Below, in pieces: positions 32,488 to 42,100 of a stretch of 64,000 nt of DNA; within the stretch, counting starts at the first letter, position 1; the number at the start of each line of letters is the position of its first letter. The translations under genes were made by a program, and so were the position numbers. The DNA is taken from positions 525,691 through 589,690 of the forward strand of contig JAYPQE010000003.1 of assembly GCA_038131795.1 (NCBI GenBank). The letters run 5' to 3'. The notes under the pieces are model-generated. The model saw only the letters and a program-made list of their open reading frames with translations. It was not told the origin of the DNA and did not search any database. The stretch comes from Candidatus Eutrophobius brisbanensis. Its GTDB lineage: Bacteria > Pseudomonadota > Gammaproteobacteria > Eutrophobiales > Eutrophobiaceae.

Positions 32488-32994
32488 ATGAAATCCAGTG
32501 CGATAAAATGGATCTGGTTGTCGATTGTTGTCATCATCCTTGATCAAATAACAAAATATTATATTAGTCACCAGTTTTCATTATATGAAATGCTTTCGGT
32601 ATTTCCAGGTCTGAATCTCACCTATGTTCATAACACGGGGGCAGCATTCAGTTTCTTAAGTGACGCCGGTGGTTGGCAATGCTGGTTATTTATCTCACTA
32701 AGTTCAATCATCAGTGTCATACTCATCGTCTGGATGAAAAGACACCCTGCCGCGGATATCTGGATGGCCATTGCCCTGGCACTGATCCTCGGTGGCGCAA
32801 TAGGTAATCTAATAGACAGGGTGATGTTTGGCTATGTTATTGATTTTATAGTTTTTTATTATCAGCGCTGGTATTGGCCTGCCTTTAACGTAGCCGATTC
32901 TGCCATTAGTGTCGGTGTGGTCATGATGATTATTGATTCATTCTGGTTTGACCATGCAAAAGTCTCAACCCATTCCGGTGAGATCAAAAAATAG
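32488..32994 (+). CDS. lspA: Lipoprotein signal peptidase II
   Basis: 'NTGAAFSFL', 'FNVADSAISVG' LspA motifs. 168 aa. Confidence 0.9.
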   Translation: MKSSAIKWIWLSIVVIILDQITKYYISHQFSLYEMLSVFPGLNLTYVHNTGAAFSFLSDAGGWQCWLFISLSSIISVILIVWMKRHPAADIWMAIALALILGGAIGNLIDRVMFGYVIDFIVFYYQRWYWPAFNVADSAISVGVVMMIIDSFWFDHAKVSTHSGEIKK

Positions 32995-33065
32995 TATTTC
33001 ATGGATACTGTGAAGTTAAATAACGACCGTGTATCATGAACATCTGGAATTCAAAGGAGTAAACC

Positions 33066-34019
33066 ATGCAGATAACCCTTGCCAACCCCAGGGGATTTTG
33101 TGCCGGTGTAGATCGGGCAATTGAAATAGTAGAGCGGGCACTGGAAATATTTGGTGCGCCTGTGTATGTTCGACATGAAGTTGTGCATAACAAATATGTC
33201 GTGGAAACCCTGAGAAAGATGGGGGCGGTATTTGTCGAAGAGCTTGATGAGGTTCCTGACAATTCCACTGTGATCTTCAGTGCGCATGGCGTATCAATCG
33301 CCGTGAGAGAAGAAGCGACCCGAAGAAAGCTGCGTGTGTTTGATGCCATTTGCCCCCTTGTGACCAAGGTCCATATGGAGGTTAGCCGTTACCAGCAGGA
33401 AGGCAGGGAATGTATTTTAATTGGACATGCCGGCCATCCTGAAGTGGAAGGGACACTGGGGCAGTACCGCAAAAAGAATGGCAAGGGCGGAATGTACCTG
33501 GTGGAATCAGTGGAAGATGTCTGGAAAATGGAGGTACATAATCCCGACTTTCTTGCCTTTGTTACGCAAACGACACTTTCCATGGATGATACGGCAGAAG
33601 TGATCAATGCCTTAACAGAACGCTTTCCCAGTATTCATGGTCCCAAGAAAGAGGACATCTGTTACGCAACACAGAATCGTCAGGATGCCGTTAAAAAACT
33701 TTCTAAAGATTGTGATTTGATCCTGGTTGTGGGTTCACAAAATAGTTCAAATTCAACCAGGTTAATGGAAATATCACAGAAGAAGGGTGTGCCAGCTTAT
33801 CTGATTGATAACGCCTCGGAAATTCAACAGGAATGGCTGGATGGTAAATCCAATATCGGGGTGACCGCTGGCGCTTCGGCCCCGGAGATCCTGGTAGAAG
33901 AAGTCATTGATAAAATACAAAGGCACACTGATGCCAATGTTGTTGATGCACCAGGAATAAAAGAACAGGTGGTTTTTTCTCTTCCACGAGAACTTGCGAA
34001 AGAATCTAGCCTGAATTAA
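33066..34019 (+). CDS. ispH: 4-hydroxy-3-methylbut-2-enyl diphosphate reductase
   Basis: '[26 protein letters not shown]', 'HEVVHN', 'GSQNSSNS' LytB motifs. Confidence 0.95.
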   Translation: MQITLANPRGFCAGVDRAIEIVERALEIFGAPVYVRHEVVHNKYVVETLRKMGAVFVEELDEVPDNSTVIFSAHGVSIAVREEATRRKLRVFDAICPLVTKVHMEVSRYQQEGRECILIGHAGHPEVEGTLGQYRKKNGKGGMYLVESVEDVWKMEVHNPDFLAFVTQTTLSMDDTAEVINALTERFPSIHGPKKEDICYATQNRQDAVKKLSKDCDLILVVGSQNSSNSTRLMEISQKKGVPAYLIDNASEIQQEWLDGKSNIGVTAGASAPEILVEEVIDKIQRHTDANVVDAPGIKEQVVFSLPRELAKESSLN

Positions 34020-34036
34020 TAACAGGTTTCAGGTAA

Positions 34037-34480
34037 TTAATCTGATATGTGGCCCGATTCTGTCAGGGTTTGTCGTAATTGAGTCCTATTGTAGCCTGTT
34101 AGAACCTTGTCTCCTATTATTAGAGTAGGTACCTGAAGTTCTCCAGCGATTTCCTTTAATTCAGTTTGAAGTTCGATATCACTAGATACGTCTATTTCCG
34201 TATACCCCAGATTTCTAACCTGTAAAAATTCTTTCAACTGATCGCAGGTATCACAATCAGGTACTGCATAGAGCATTAAGGGCGAGACAGGGTCGCTTTC
34301 AGTTGCATCAGTTGCATCAGTCGCATATGTTCTTTGATTTACAGGGGTTGTGCCCGGTGGACAGCGATCTTGAAATGTAATGTTGCCATTCGCGTCTTCG
34401 CATTCAAAAATATTAATTGCGAAGGCGGGATTGATAACAAGTAAAAAGGTAAACAAGATTAAATATTGTTTTATCTGCAT
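34037..34480 (-). CDS. Secreted DUF4124-like / glutaredoxin-like protein
   Basis: Signal peptide. N-terminal 'IFECEDANGNITFQD..CPPG'. C-terminal thioredoxin-fold-like 'VPDCDTCDQLKEF...VPTLIIGDKVLTGYN'. Contains a 'DATDATDATE' hexanucleotide repeat. Confidence 0.45.
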   Translation of the reverse strand: MQIKQYLILFTFLLVINPAFAINIFECEDANGNITFQDRCPPGTTPVNQRTYATDATDATESDPVSPLMLYAVPDCDTCDQLKEFLQVRNLGYTEIDVSSDIELQTELKEIAGELQVPTLIIGDKVLTGYNRTQLRQTLTESGHISD

Positions 34481-35097
34481 TTATTTCACCTCAGAATCGT
34501 TTATCCACATGAATGTATGTGCCTTTGATGATTAATAATAGAATGATTGAAATGGAACCTCAAATTATTCTATCAATCAGGCATATACGAGACGTAATTT
34601 CAGTGCTTTTTAATCTGTAATTAAATAATAATTAAAGATTTAGATATAATTAGCGCGGCAGAAAGTTCCTGTATAAAACTGATATATTCGGTTCTGTTGA
34701 TATTGCTGGGCGTGCTGAGTGAGATCTGGGTCCGGATGTACAAATGAGTAGATGAAGATGGTAATTTGAATTATATCTAGTCGCCATCACCCCGCGTGAA
34801 TATGGAAATAGCCAGTAGACAACTGGAAAACATGTTAAGTAACCTGGATAGACAGATTGTAGAGGAGGGCCCCTCTAATTGAGTGATCCTAAAATGCTTA
34901 CCCGCTCCCCACTATTGCATATAAATGAAGATTACCATTGGGTTTTTGAGAATAAACAGACTCCCTTATTGAGCTACTTTATGGTTTAATACACGCGTTT
35001 TTAGCAGGGGTGTTTTAATAACCTTTGGATTTCCTGGTTATATAAGGGGAATCGTGCGTGACAATATATGATGTAACTATCTGATATATATAATATT

Positions 35098-35173
35098 GCC
35101 GGAATAGCTCAGTTGGTAGAGCGGCGCATTCGTAATGCGTAGGTCGGAGGTTCGAATCCTCTTTCCGGCACCA
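35098..35173 (+). tRNA. tRNA-Thr (anticodon CGT). Integration target of the island.
   Basis: 'GCCGGAATAGCTCAGTTGGTAGAGCGGCGCATTCGTAATGCGTAGGTCGGAGGTTCGAATCCTCTTTCCGGCACCA'. Anticodon loop TTCGTAA. Its 3' 20 nt are repeated at 46995..47014. Confidence 0.9.
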
Positions 35174-35276
35174 CTTTCACTTCCCGTAACGTCCAGAGCA
35201 GTCTAAAATAGTTTTAAAATATGCTTAAATAATCATTTTTTCTTCCAGAGACGTCCAGAAGTGTATATTGACATCT

Positions 35277-35336
35277 GGGGGCACATGGGGGCATATTTGG
35301 GGGCACATTTCAATTAAAGTCCGAGGATGTGCCCCC
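35277..35336. promoter_or_regulatory. Putative integrase arm-type binding sites: three direct 'GGGGGCA(C/T)AT' repeats plus an inverted copy overlapping the int start
   Basis: 'GGGGGCACATGGGGGCATATTTGGGGGCACATTTC...ATGTGCCCCCAA'. Related 'TGGGGGCATAT(A)TGGGGGCACATTTC' lies at 45291..45316, and 'TGGGGGCATATT' at 46929..46940, each ~55-65 bp left of an att copy. Confidence 0.4.
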
Positions 35337-35337
35337 A

Positions 35338-36549
35338 ATGAAGCTGACTAACACCGCAATCAGCAACCTGAAAAAGCTCTCAAAAACCACCCGCCTGTTT
35401 GATGGTGGAGGTTTATATCTTGAAGCTACGCCTCAGGGTGGTAAGTACTGGCGTTTGAAATACCGGTTCCTTGGTAAAGAGAAACGTTTGGCACTGGGAG
35501 TTTATCCTGATGTCACCCTGAAAATGGCCAGGGATCGTCGTGAGGAGGCCAGACGGTTACTGGCAGATGGTATAGACCCTGGAGAACATAAAAAATCCTT
35601 GCTGGACTCGAAAAAAGAAAACCTCAATAACACCTTCCAATCCGTTGCGGATGAGTGGCATCAGAAACAATCTAAAGACTGGACCGAACAACATTCACTG
35701 AGCGTAAAACGCAGACTGGAATTGAATGTGTTTCCCTGGCTAGGAGACAGACCGATAGCAGACATAAACCCGAAAGAGATTTTGTCGGTAATATGCCGAA
35801 TCGAGGATCGTGGTGCCCTGGAAACAGCTCACCGAGTATATTGGTCTTGTGGTCAGGTTTTCCGTTATGGCGTGGCGACCGGAAGGGTTATGACCGACCC
35901 TTGCCGTGATCTCAGAGGGTTCTTACCCCCGACCAGGGTTAACCATAGAGCAGCAATCACTGAGCCTGTCAAAGTAGGGGAGTTGCTACGTGCAATTGAC
36001 GGATATGATGGAACGATGATTGTAAAGAACGCGATGAAACTCGCTCCGTTAGTATTTGTACGGCCAGGGGAACTCCGGCAGGCAGAATGGAAGGATATTG
36101 ACCTTGATAAGGCAGAATGGCGCTACACCATTTCAAAGACCAATACCCCCCATATTGTACCTCTCTCAAATCAGGCACTTAAAATACTCGAAGAAATTCA
36201 ACCTCTCACGGGCAAGGGCCAATATGTGTTTCCAAGTGCAAGGTCTGCAAAGCGGCCAATGAGTGATAATGCAATCCTAGCTGCATTTAGGCGCATGGGA
36301 TATGACAAGGAAGAAATGAGTGTTCATGGCTTTCGTGCGATGGCCAGAACAATTCTTGATGAGGTGTTAGGATTTCGTCCTGATTTTATAGAACATCAGT
36401 TGGCTCATGCTGTACGCGATCCGAATGGTCGGGCATATAACAGAACATCACATCTAAAAGAACGGACAATAATGATGCAGAAGTGGGCAGATTATCTCGA
36501 CACACTAAAAGCGGGCGCAGAGGTTATTTCTATCAAAAGAAATTCTTAA
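35338..36549 (+). CDS. int: P4-type tyrosine integrase (DUF4102 arm-binding N-terminus)
   Basis: 'MKLTNTAISNLKK..RLFDGGGLYLEATPQGGKYWRLKYRFLGKEKRLALGVYPDVTLKMARDRREEARRLLADGIDP' is the P4-family N-terminus. The catalytic region has 'HGFRAMART' and 'LAH'. The ORF track begins at the GTG at 35329; the ATG at 35338 is preferred. Confidence 0.9.
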   Translation: MKLTNTAISNLKKLSKTTRLFDGGGLYLEATPQGGKYWRLKYRFLGKEKRLALGVYPDVTLKMARDRREEARRLLADGIDPGEHKKSLLDSKKENLNNTFQSVADEWHQKQSKDWTEQHSLSVKRRLELNVFPWLGDRPIADINPKEILSVICRIEDRGALETAHRVYWSCGQVFRYGVATGRVMTDPCRDLRGFLPPTRVNHRAAITEPVKVGELLRAIDGYDGTMIVKNAMKLAPLVFVRPGELRQAEWKDIDLDKAEWRYTISKTNTPHIVPLSNQALKILEEIQPLTGKGQYVFPSARSAKRPMSDNAILAAFRRMGYDKEEMSVHGFRAMARTILDEVLGFRPDFIEHQLAHAVRDPNGRAYNRTSHLKERTIMMQKWADYLDTLKAGAEVISIKRNS

Positions 36550-36602
36550 AAATTAAATGATATAATTATGGCGTATATCTCCTTCTTCACTTCTTAAAGA
36601 GT

Positions 36603-36790
36603 TCAATTAACATTAGTGCATCTGACCGTTAACAATAGTACCTTTGCGTCTTAACTGACCATTCTCATAATAATACTCAAAAGGACCATTTGCTTTGCCG
36701 TCAACATAAGTTTCTTTTTCCCATAACTGACCATTTTCCCTTAGTTGAAATCGAGGTCGGCCGGGGCACTCTTGCTCTGGAGTTTGCAAA
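36603..36790 (-). pseudogene. Remnant of a MORN-variant / YwqK-like repeat protein
   Basis: The minus strand translates '..QLRENGQLWEKETYVDGKANGPFEYYYENGQLRRKGTIVNGQMH*' (YENGQL..G..DGK..G.W repeats). There is no ATG, and an in-frame TAA lies upstream. Less than 60 aa, so absent from the ORF track. Confidence 0.3.
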
Positions 36791-36917
36791 TAGATGTGCT
36801 TTTAGAATCCAATAAACATATCTTGGAATTGAAGATGATTTGCATGATTTTTTTCGTAATTTTAAAGACTATGTATAATGTAGCAACATTTACTTCCATT
36901 AAACTAGTTTTAGCCAA

Positions 36918-37457
36918 TTGGTAATTATGATGAGCGATGACGTAAAAATTCTGGCTGCAAACATAGCTAGCGCATTAGAAAGCGCATTAGAAAAGGGTGA
37001 CCATTCATCTGAAAATTTTAGAAATCTTTGCAGAAAATTAGAAGGTGATGAGCCGCCAGAGGAGTTCGAGCGTTTTGCAGTTTTAATTGAAAGGGAAGAT
37101 TGGCGGTTTTGTGATAGTGAGCTAATCGATTGGTGGGACACTGAGTCAGAAAAAATCTCTGACGAACTTAGATGTGATTATATGAGAGAGGTGCTCACTC
37201 TTGCCATAGATGAGCCCACTGAAGATACATGTTCCGCACATTGGGAAGAAATTCCTCTCTCACCTGAAAAATCTTTGTATTGTTGTGCTTTAATATATTT
37301 AGTAGGGCATTCACTAAGTATTAATTGGTTTGGTGCTTACCTTTCTGTTAAGCAATTTTATGTAGCATTGACTGAAGCTGGTTTTGTGACATGTGAAGAG
37401 GATGTAGCTGCTCTGAATAATGAGACTTTACTAAAGTATTGGAGATTTGATGAATAA
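36918..37457 (+). CDS. Hypothetical acidic protein (island cargo)
   Basis: 179-aa ORF, pI acidic, no recognisable motifs. Followed at ~37655..37685 by a hairpin plus T7 run (terminator-like). Confidence 0.35.
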   Translation: MVIMMSDDVKILAANIASALESALEKGDHSSENFRNLCRKLEGDEPPEEFERFAVLIEREDWRFCDSELIDWWDTESEKISDELRCDYMREVLTLAIDEPTEDTCSAHWEEIPLSPEKSLYCCALIYLVGHSLSINWFGAYLSVKQFYVALTEAGFVTCEEDVAALNNETLLKYWRFDE

Positions 37458-37770
37458 TCATAATTACTTGCCAAATCAAAATTGGAAAATATGATTAAAA
37501 AAATATGAGAGAACAGGTAGAAAGCATAGACTAGCTACAAATCTGACACTGAATAGATTATTTTTGAAATACATACTATAATACATGACTAACGCCGATT
37601 TGATTTCAGCTTGCGGGCGTTTTATAAATACAGCTAAAGAGAGGGCAACCTGCTTTAGCATATGCTGAGCGGGTTTTTTTGTGGCTGATCGATCCTTATT
37701 CGATTCGGTATTTGTTAACCAGCTTGTACACCGAGGCATCGTGCCTAAAGTACTAAAGAGGAGAAATATT

Positions 37771-38343
37771 ATGTCTTTTACACGTCGGCAGTTCCTGTTA
37801 ACCACTTGTGGTTCAGGTATCGGTTTTATCCTTCCATCTTTCTATGACGAAGCCCTCACCTTATGGGAAAACCATGGCGAGATACTACTTCGCCCGGCGC
37901 CTGATGCTAAAACCATACTATATGCCTACCAGGAAATGGAACTTGAGCTTAACCTGGGTGACCCTAGGACTCGACCCCCGCAAATGATACGCAGAGAGTA
38001 TATTGAAAAGTATGTATATGGTGGACTTGAAACCTATTTTGAAGAATTATCGGACCTTGATGGATGCGAAGGATATGACCTGGATGCCGAGGTTGATTTC
38101 TGGGAGGTATTAGATGTCTGGGGGTTAGTTGATAGCCCATGGGCAAAAGCATATAAGTATTTAAAAAGCCTTGATCTTGGTCCTGATTTTACCAGTCCTG
38201 ATGCTGTTGGCGGTATTAGTACAGGGACAGGTGCACCAGGCACCAACCACATAGCATTACATGCCAACGATGACATTTCCCTCAGTCTACTTCAGGAGCG
38301 TCTTAATCAACTGAATACGGGCGTTCGTATCGAGCTTGTGTAA
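37771..38343 (+). CDS. Hypothetical Tat-signal protein (island cargo)
   Basis: ORF 37681..38343. The internal 'MSFTRRQFLLTTCGSGIGFILP' is a twin-arginine signal-peptide-like start. No homology recognised for the rest. Confidence 0.4.
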   Translation: MSFTRRQFLLTTCGSGIGFILPSFYDEALTLWENHGEILLRPAPDAKTILYAYQEMELELNLGDPRTRPPQMIRREYIEKYVYGGLETYFEELSDLDGCEGYDLDAEVDFWEVLDVWGLVDSPWAKAYKYLKSLDLGPDFTSPDAVGGISTGTGAPGTNHIALHANDDISLSLLQERLNQLNTGVRIELV

Positions 38344-38363
38344 TTTTATGAAAAAAAGAAAAA

Positions 38364-38668
38364 GAGGAGGGTTGACCAGATTGTTGCTGAGTCGAGAGCA
38401 GCCCGGCACCTACAAGACCGAGAACTAGTTAAGGTAACAGTCCAGCGTCAACAAGCTCTCGAACCTTCGCAAAACCGCCCTCACTTAAAGCTTGTCGAGT
38501 AGTCATGATGGTCTCCTTGGATAAGGTCAAAATTGGGTAAAGGCGGTTCAAGAAAAGGCTCTGGCAGGAAATCTAAACCTTATAGATTTCTTGAGATTGG
38601 TGGATTCTGTGAGAATCTTAATCATCAACTTTTGAATGAGATTAAACGCTCGAGGGTCGCAGCAAGCC
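38364..38668. repeat. Direct repeat copy A (X+Y module, ~300 bp) upstream of the nuclease-helicase gene
   Basis: '..GTTGCTGAGTCGAGAGCAGCCC..CCAGCGTCAACAAGCTCTCGAACCTTCGCAAAACCGCCCTCACTTAAAGCTTGTCGAGTAG' (X) plus 'GATCTCCTTGGATAAG.TCAAAATTGGGTAAAGG.GGTTCAAGAAAAGGCTCTGGCAGGAAATCTAAACC..' (Y). X recurs at 38958..39096. X-partial+Y recurs at 42809..43037. Confidence 0.8.
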
Positions 38669-38754
38669 TGCCCCCAGTAATGACACCAGATTTTGAGTCA
38701 AAAAAAACAGCTCAAAAAGTAGTAAAATTTACTGTAAAGGATATTAGTTTTTAA
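38533..38754 (+). CDS. Truncated/diverged duplicate of the basic small protein (shares its first 47 aa with 42900..43388)
   Basis: 'MGKGGSRKGSGRKSKPYRFLEIGGFCENLNHQLLNEIKRSRVAASL' is identical to the N-terminus of the 162-aa ORF, then diverges where the DNA repeat ends. TTG start in the ORF track. Confidence 0.3.
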   Translation: MGKGGSRKGSGRKSKPYRFLEIGGFCENLNHQLLNEIKRSRVAASLPPVMTPDFESKKTAQKVVKFTVKDISF

Positions 38755-38890
38755 ATGAACCTATAAACCCACTATTCAAATTTTTATATAAATATGTGAG
38801 AGCACTATTTTGTAATTTCATTTTTTATTATACAATAAGCACTGCGATTTATAACCTACTTGCTGCATAACGCTAAAGGGAGACACATCA

Positions 38891-39094
38891 ATGTACATAG
38901 ACTTTAATAAAACTGACCATCCTGAACTATACGCTGCTAAAATTAGGCGATTCAGGAGGGAGGTTGCCCAGATTGTTGCTGAGTCGAGAGCAGCCCAGCC
39001 CCTACAAGACCGAGAACTAGTGAAGGTAACAGTCCAGCGTCAACAAGCTCTCGAACCTTCGCAAAACCGCCCTCACTTAAAGCTTGTCGAGTAG
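38891..39094 (+). CDS. Small hypothetical protein (67 aa). Its 3' half lies in repeat X.
   Basis: 'MYIDFNKTDHPELYAAKIRRFRREVAQIVAESRAAQPLQDRELVKVTVQRQQALEPSQNRPHLKLVE'. Start-less copies of the C-terminal 40 aa occur at 38377..38502 and 42809..42870. Confidence 0.3.
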   Translation: MYIDFNKTDHPELYAAKIRRFRREVAQIVAESRAAQPLQDRELVKVTVQRQQALEPSQNRPHLKLVE

Positions 39095-39191
39095 TTTTGA
39101 CAATCTCGCTTCTTTGGCAATGGGAGTCTCACCAGGGTGATGAAATAAACTTGTGTTTATCCAAAATAAAAAAAACTAGCAAAATATTGAA

Positions 39192-42100
39192 ATGGCAACC
39201 TTAGAACAACTCATCTCCACCTTTGAAGGTCATGAAACTGCTAGAGGGAAGATGTTTGAAAGAGCCTGTAAATGGCTACTGGAGAACGACCCTACCTATA
39301 GTAATCTTAAAAAAGTTTGGCTATGGGATGACTGGCCAGGGCGTTGGGATATAGATAGAGGAATTGACCTTATCGCTGAGGATGAAGACGGAAAAATTTG
39401 GGGAATACAGGCCAAGCTTTATCGTCCTGAAAATAGTATTAATAGAAAAGATATAGACACATTCCTTACCGAATCAAGCAACAAATATATTCATCAACGA
39501 TTATTGATTGGCACCACTGACAATGTCTCTCGTGGCGGAATAGGTGCGATGAAGCGATGTGCTGAGCTTATTCCAGTAAATCAATTATTGCGCTCTGAGC
39601 TGTTAGCTAAACAAATAGAGTGGCCTGAGTCACTTGATAAGCTCTCTACCGGAGGCTTAAAAGCTAAAAATAACCCGCGCCCAGATCAAGAGAGAGCTAT
39701 TGAAGATGTTGTTACTAACTTTAAAGATCAATCCCGAGGCCAACTCATCATGGCTTGCGGAACTGGAAAGACTCTTACAGCGCTATGGATAGCGGAAAAG
39801 CTAAAGAGTGAGACAACCCTTGTATTATTACCATCATTATTGCTTCTATCAAAGACACTATCGGAATGGGTGACACAGTCTTCAGAACCATTTTCTTTTT
39901 TACCAGTCTGCTCTGATGACTCTGTCTCTAAATCCGATGATTCAATAAACTATTCCACAACAGAACTTGGCTTTCCTTCGACTACTGATGCAGCAGAAAT
40001 CGCTAAATTTCTTGATAAATCTGGCAGAAAGGTAATTTTTTCAACATATCAGTCATCTCAGCAAATAGCTGATGCTTTTGAAAAGAAGAAAATTAAGCCC
40101 TTTGAGTTAGTCATTGCTGATGAAGCTCATCGTTGTGCAGGTAAAGCTGGAGCAGATTACACAACCGTATTAGATAACAAAGCTATACCGGCTAAGAAAC
40201 GTCTATTTATGACTGCTACTCCAAAGATATTCCAGACCTTTGTTAAGAAAGAAGCAGAAGATAGAGGTGTTGAAGTCTATTCAATGGATGATGAGGCTTT
40301 ATTTGGCAAGGTATTTCATAAGCTTTCCTTTGGAGAAGCTATAGAGCAAAAACTACTTACGGATTATCAAGTATCTATCGTAGGTATTGATGAGCCAATA
40401 TTAGCGGAAATGATAAGTAAAAGAGAACTTGTTAAGACCGATACTGGTATTGAAACAGATGCACAGACTATTGCGGCTCATATAGGGTTGGCGAAAGCCA
40501 TAAAAACCTATGACCTTAAACGAATAATCACGTTTCACTCTAAAGTTAAATCAGCTGATGAGTTCCAAGGGGACTTCAAAAAAGTTTTAGATTGGATGCC
40601 TAATGAGCATAAACCTGATGGAAAGTTCATTACTAACTTCGTTTCAGGAGCAATGACAACAGCTACAAGGAATACCAGACTAGGAGAACTGGGAGAGATT
40701 GCTGAAGGCAAAAGAGGAATCCTTTCAAATGCCAGATGCTTATCTGAAGGTGTAGATGTCCCAACTTTAGATGGGATTGCTTTCATAGACCCAAGAAACT
40801 CTGAGATCGATATCGTTCAAGCAGTAGGTCGCGCGATTAGGCTAGCTAAAGGAAAAGACAAAGGCACAATTGTTATTCCCATTTTTATTTCTGATTTTGA
40901 TGACCCTGAAGAAGTATTAAATGACTCGTCATATAAGAAGATTTGGGCGGTTATCAACGCGCTACGGGCACATGATGAAAATCTTGGTATCGAGCTTGAT
41001 AATTTAAGAAAAATGATGGGCAAAAGAGGCAGCGTAGGTCGCTCTGAAAAGATTCATTTTGATTTGCCTGTAACTATTGATGCAGAGTTTGCAGAATGTT
41101 TTAGTATTAAACTACTTGAGACTACTACTGCATCTTGGGAGTTTTGGTTTGGATTATTAGAAGAATACAAAGATGCACATGGTCATGCTAATCCGTCACA
41201 AAGTTATATAACAAATACTAAATATCAATTAGGTACTTGGTGCGACAAAAACCGACAAAATTATAAAAAAAATAAGTTAACCTCTGAGAAAATCAATCGA
41301 CTTGAGGCTTTAGGATTTATCTGGGACCTTCTAGCTCAGCAATGGGAGGAAGGATTCAAGGAGCTATCTGCATACAAAGATGCACATGGTCATGCTAACC
41401 CAGCAACCAATCATAAAACAGATACTGATTATCAATTAGGTACTTGGTGCAACACAAACCGAACAAATTATAAAAAAAATAAGTTAACCTCTGAGAAAAT
41501 CAATCGACTTGAGGCTTTGGGATTTATCTGGGACCCTCTAGCTCAGCAATGGGAGGAAGGATTCAAGGAGCTATCTGCATACAAAGATGCACATGGTCAT
41601 GCTAATCCGTCAAGCAGATATATAACAAATACTAAATATCAATTAGGTACTTGGTGCGACAAAAACCGAACAAATTATAAAAAAAATAAGTTAACCTCTG
41701 AGAAAATCAATCGACTTGAGGCTTTAGGATTTATCTGGAACCCTCAAGCTCAGCAATGGGAGCAAGGATTCAAGGAGCTATCTGCATACAAAGATGCACA
41801 TGGTCATGCTAATCCGTCAAAAAGTTATATAACAAATACTAAATATCAATTAGGTGCTTGGTGCGACGCAAACCGACAAAATTATAAAAAAAATAAGTTA
41901 ACCTCTGAGAAAATCAATCGACTTGAGGCTTTAGGATTTATCTGGGACCCTCTAGCTCAGCAATGGGAGGAAGGATTCAAGGAGCTATCTGCATACAAAG
42001 ATGCACATGGTCATGCTAATCCGCCACAAAGTTATATAACAAATACTAAATATCAATTAGGTACTTGGTGCGACACAAACCGAACAAATTATAAAAAAAA

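Noticed and set aside
37476-37805. Minus-strand 109-aa ORF
   Set aside because: It overlaps the terminator and leader of the Tat-protein gene. Low complexity, no motifs.
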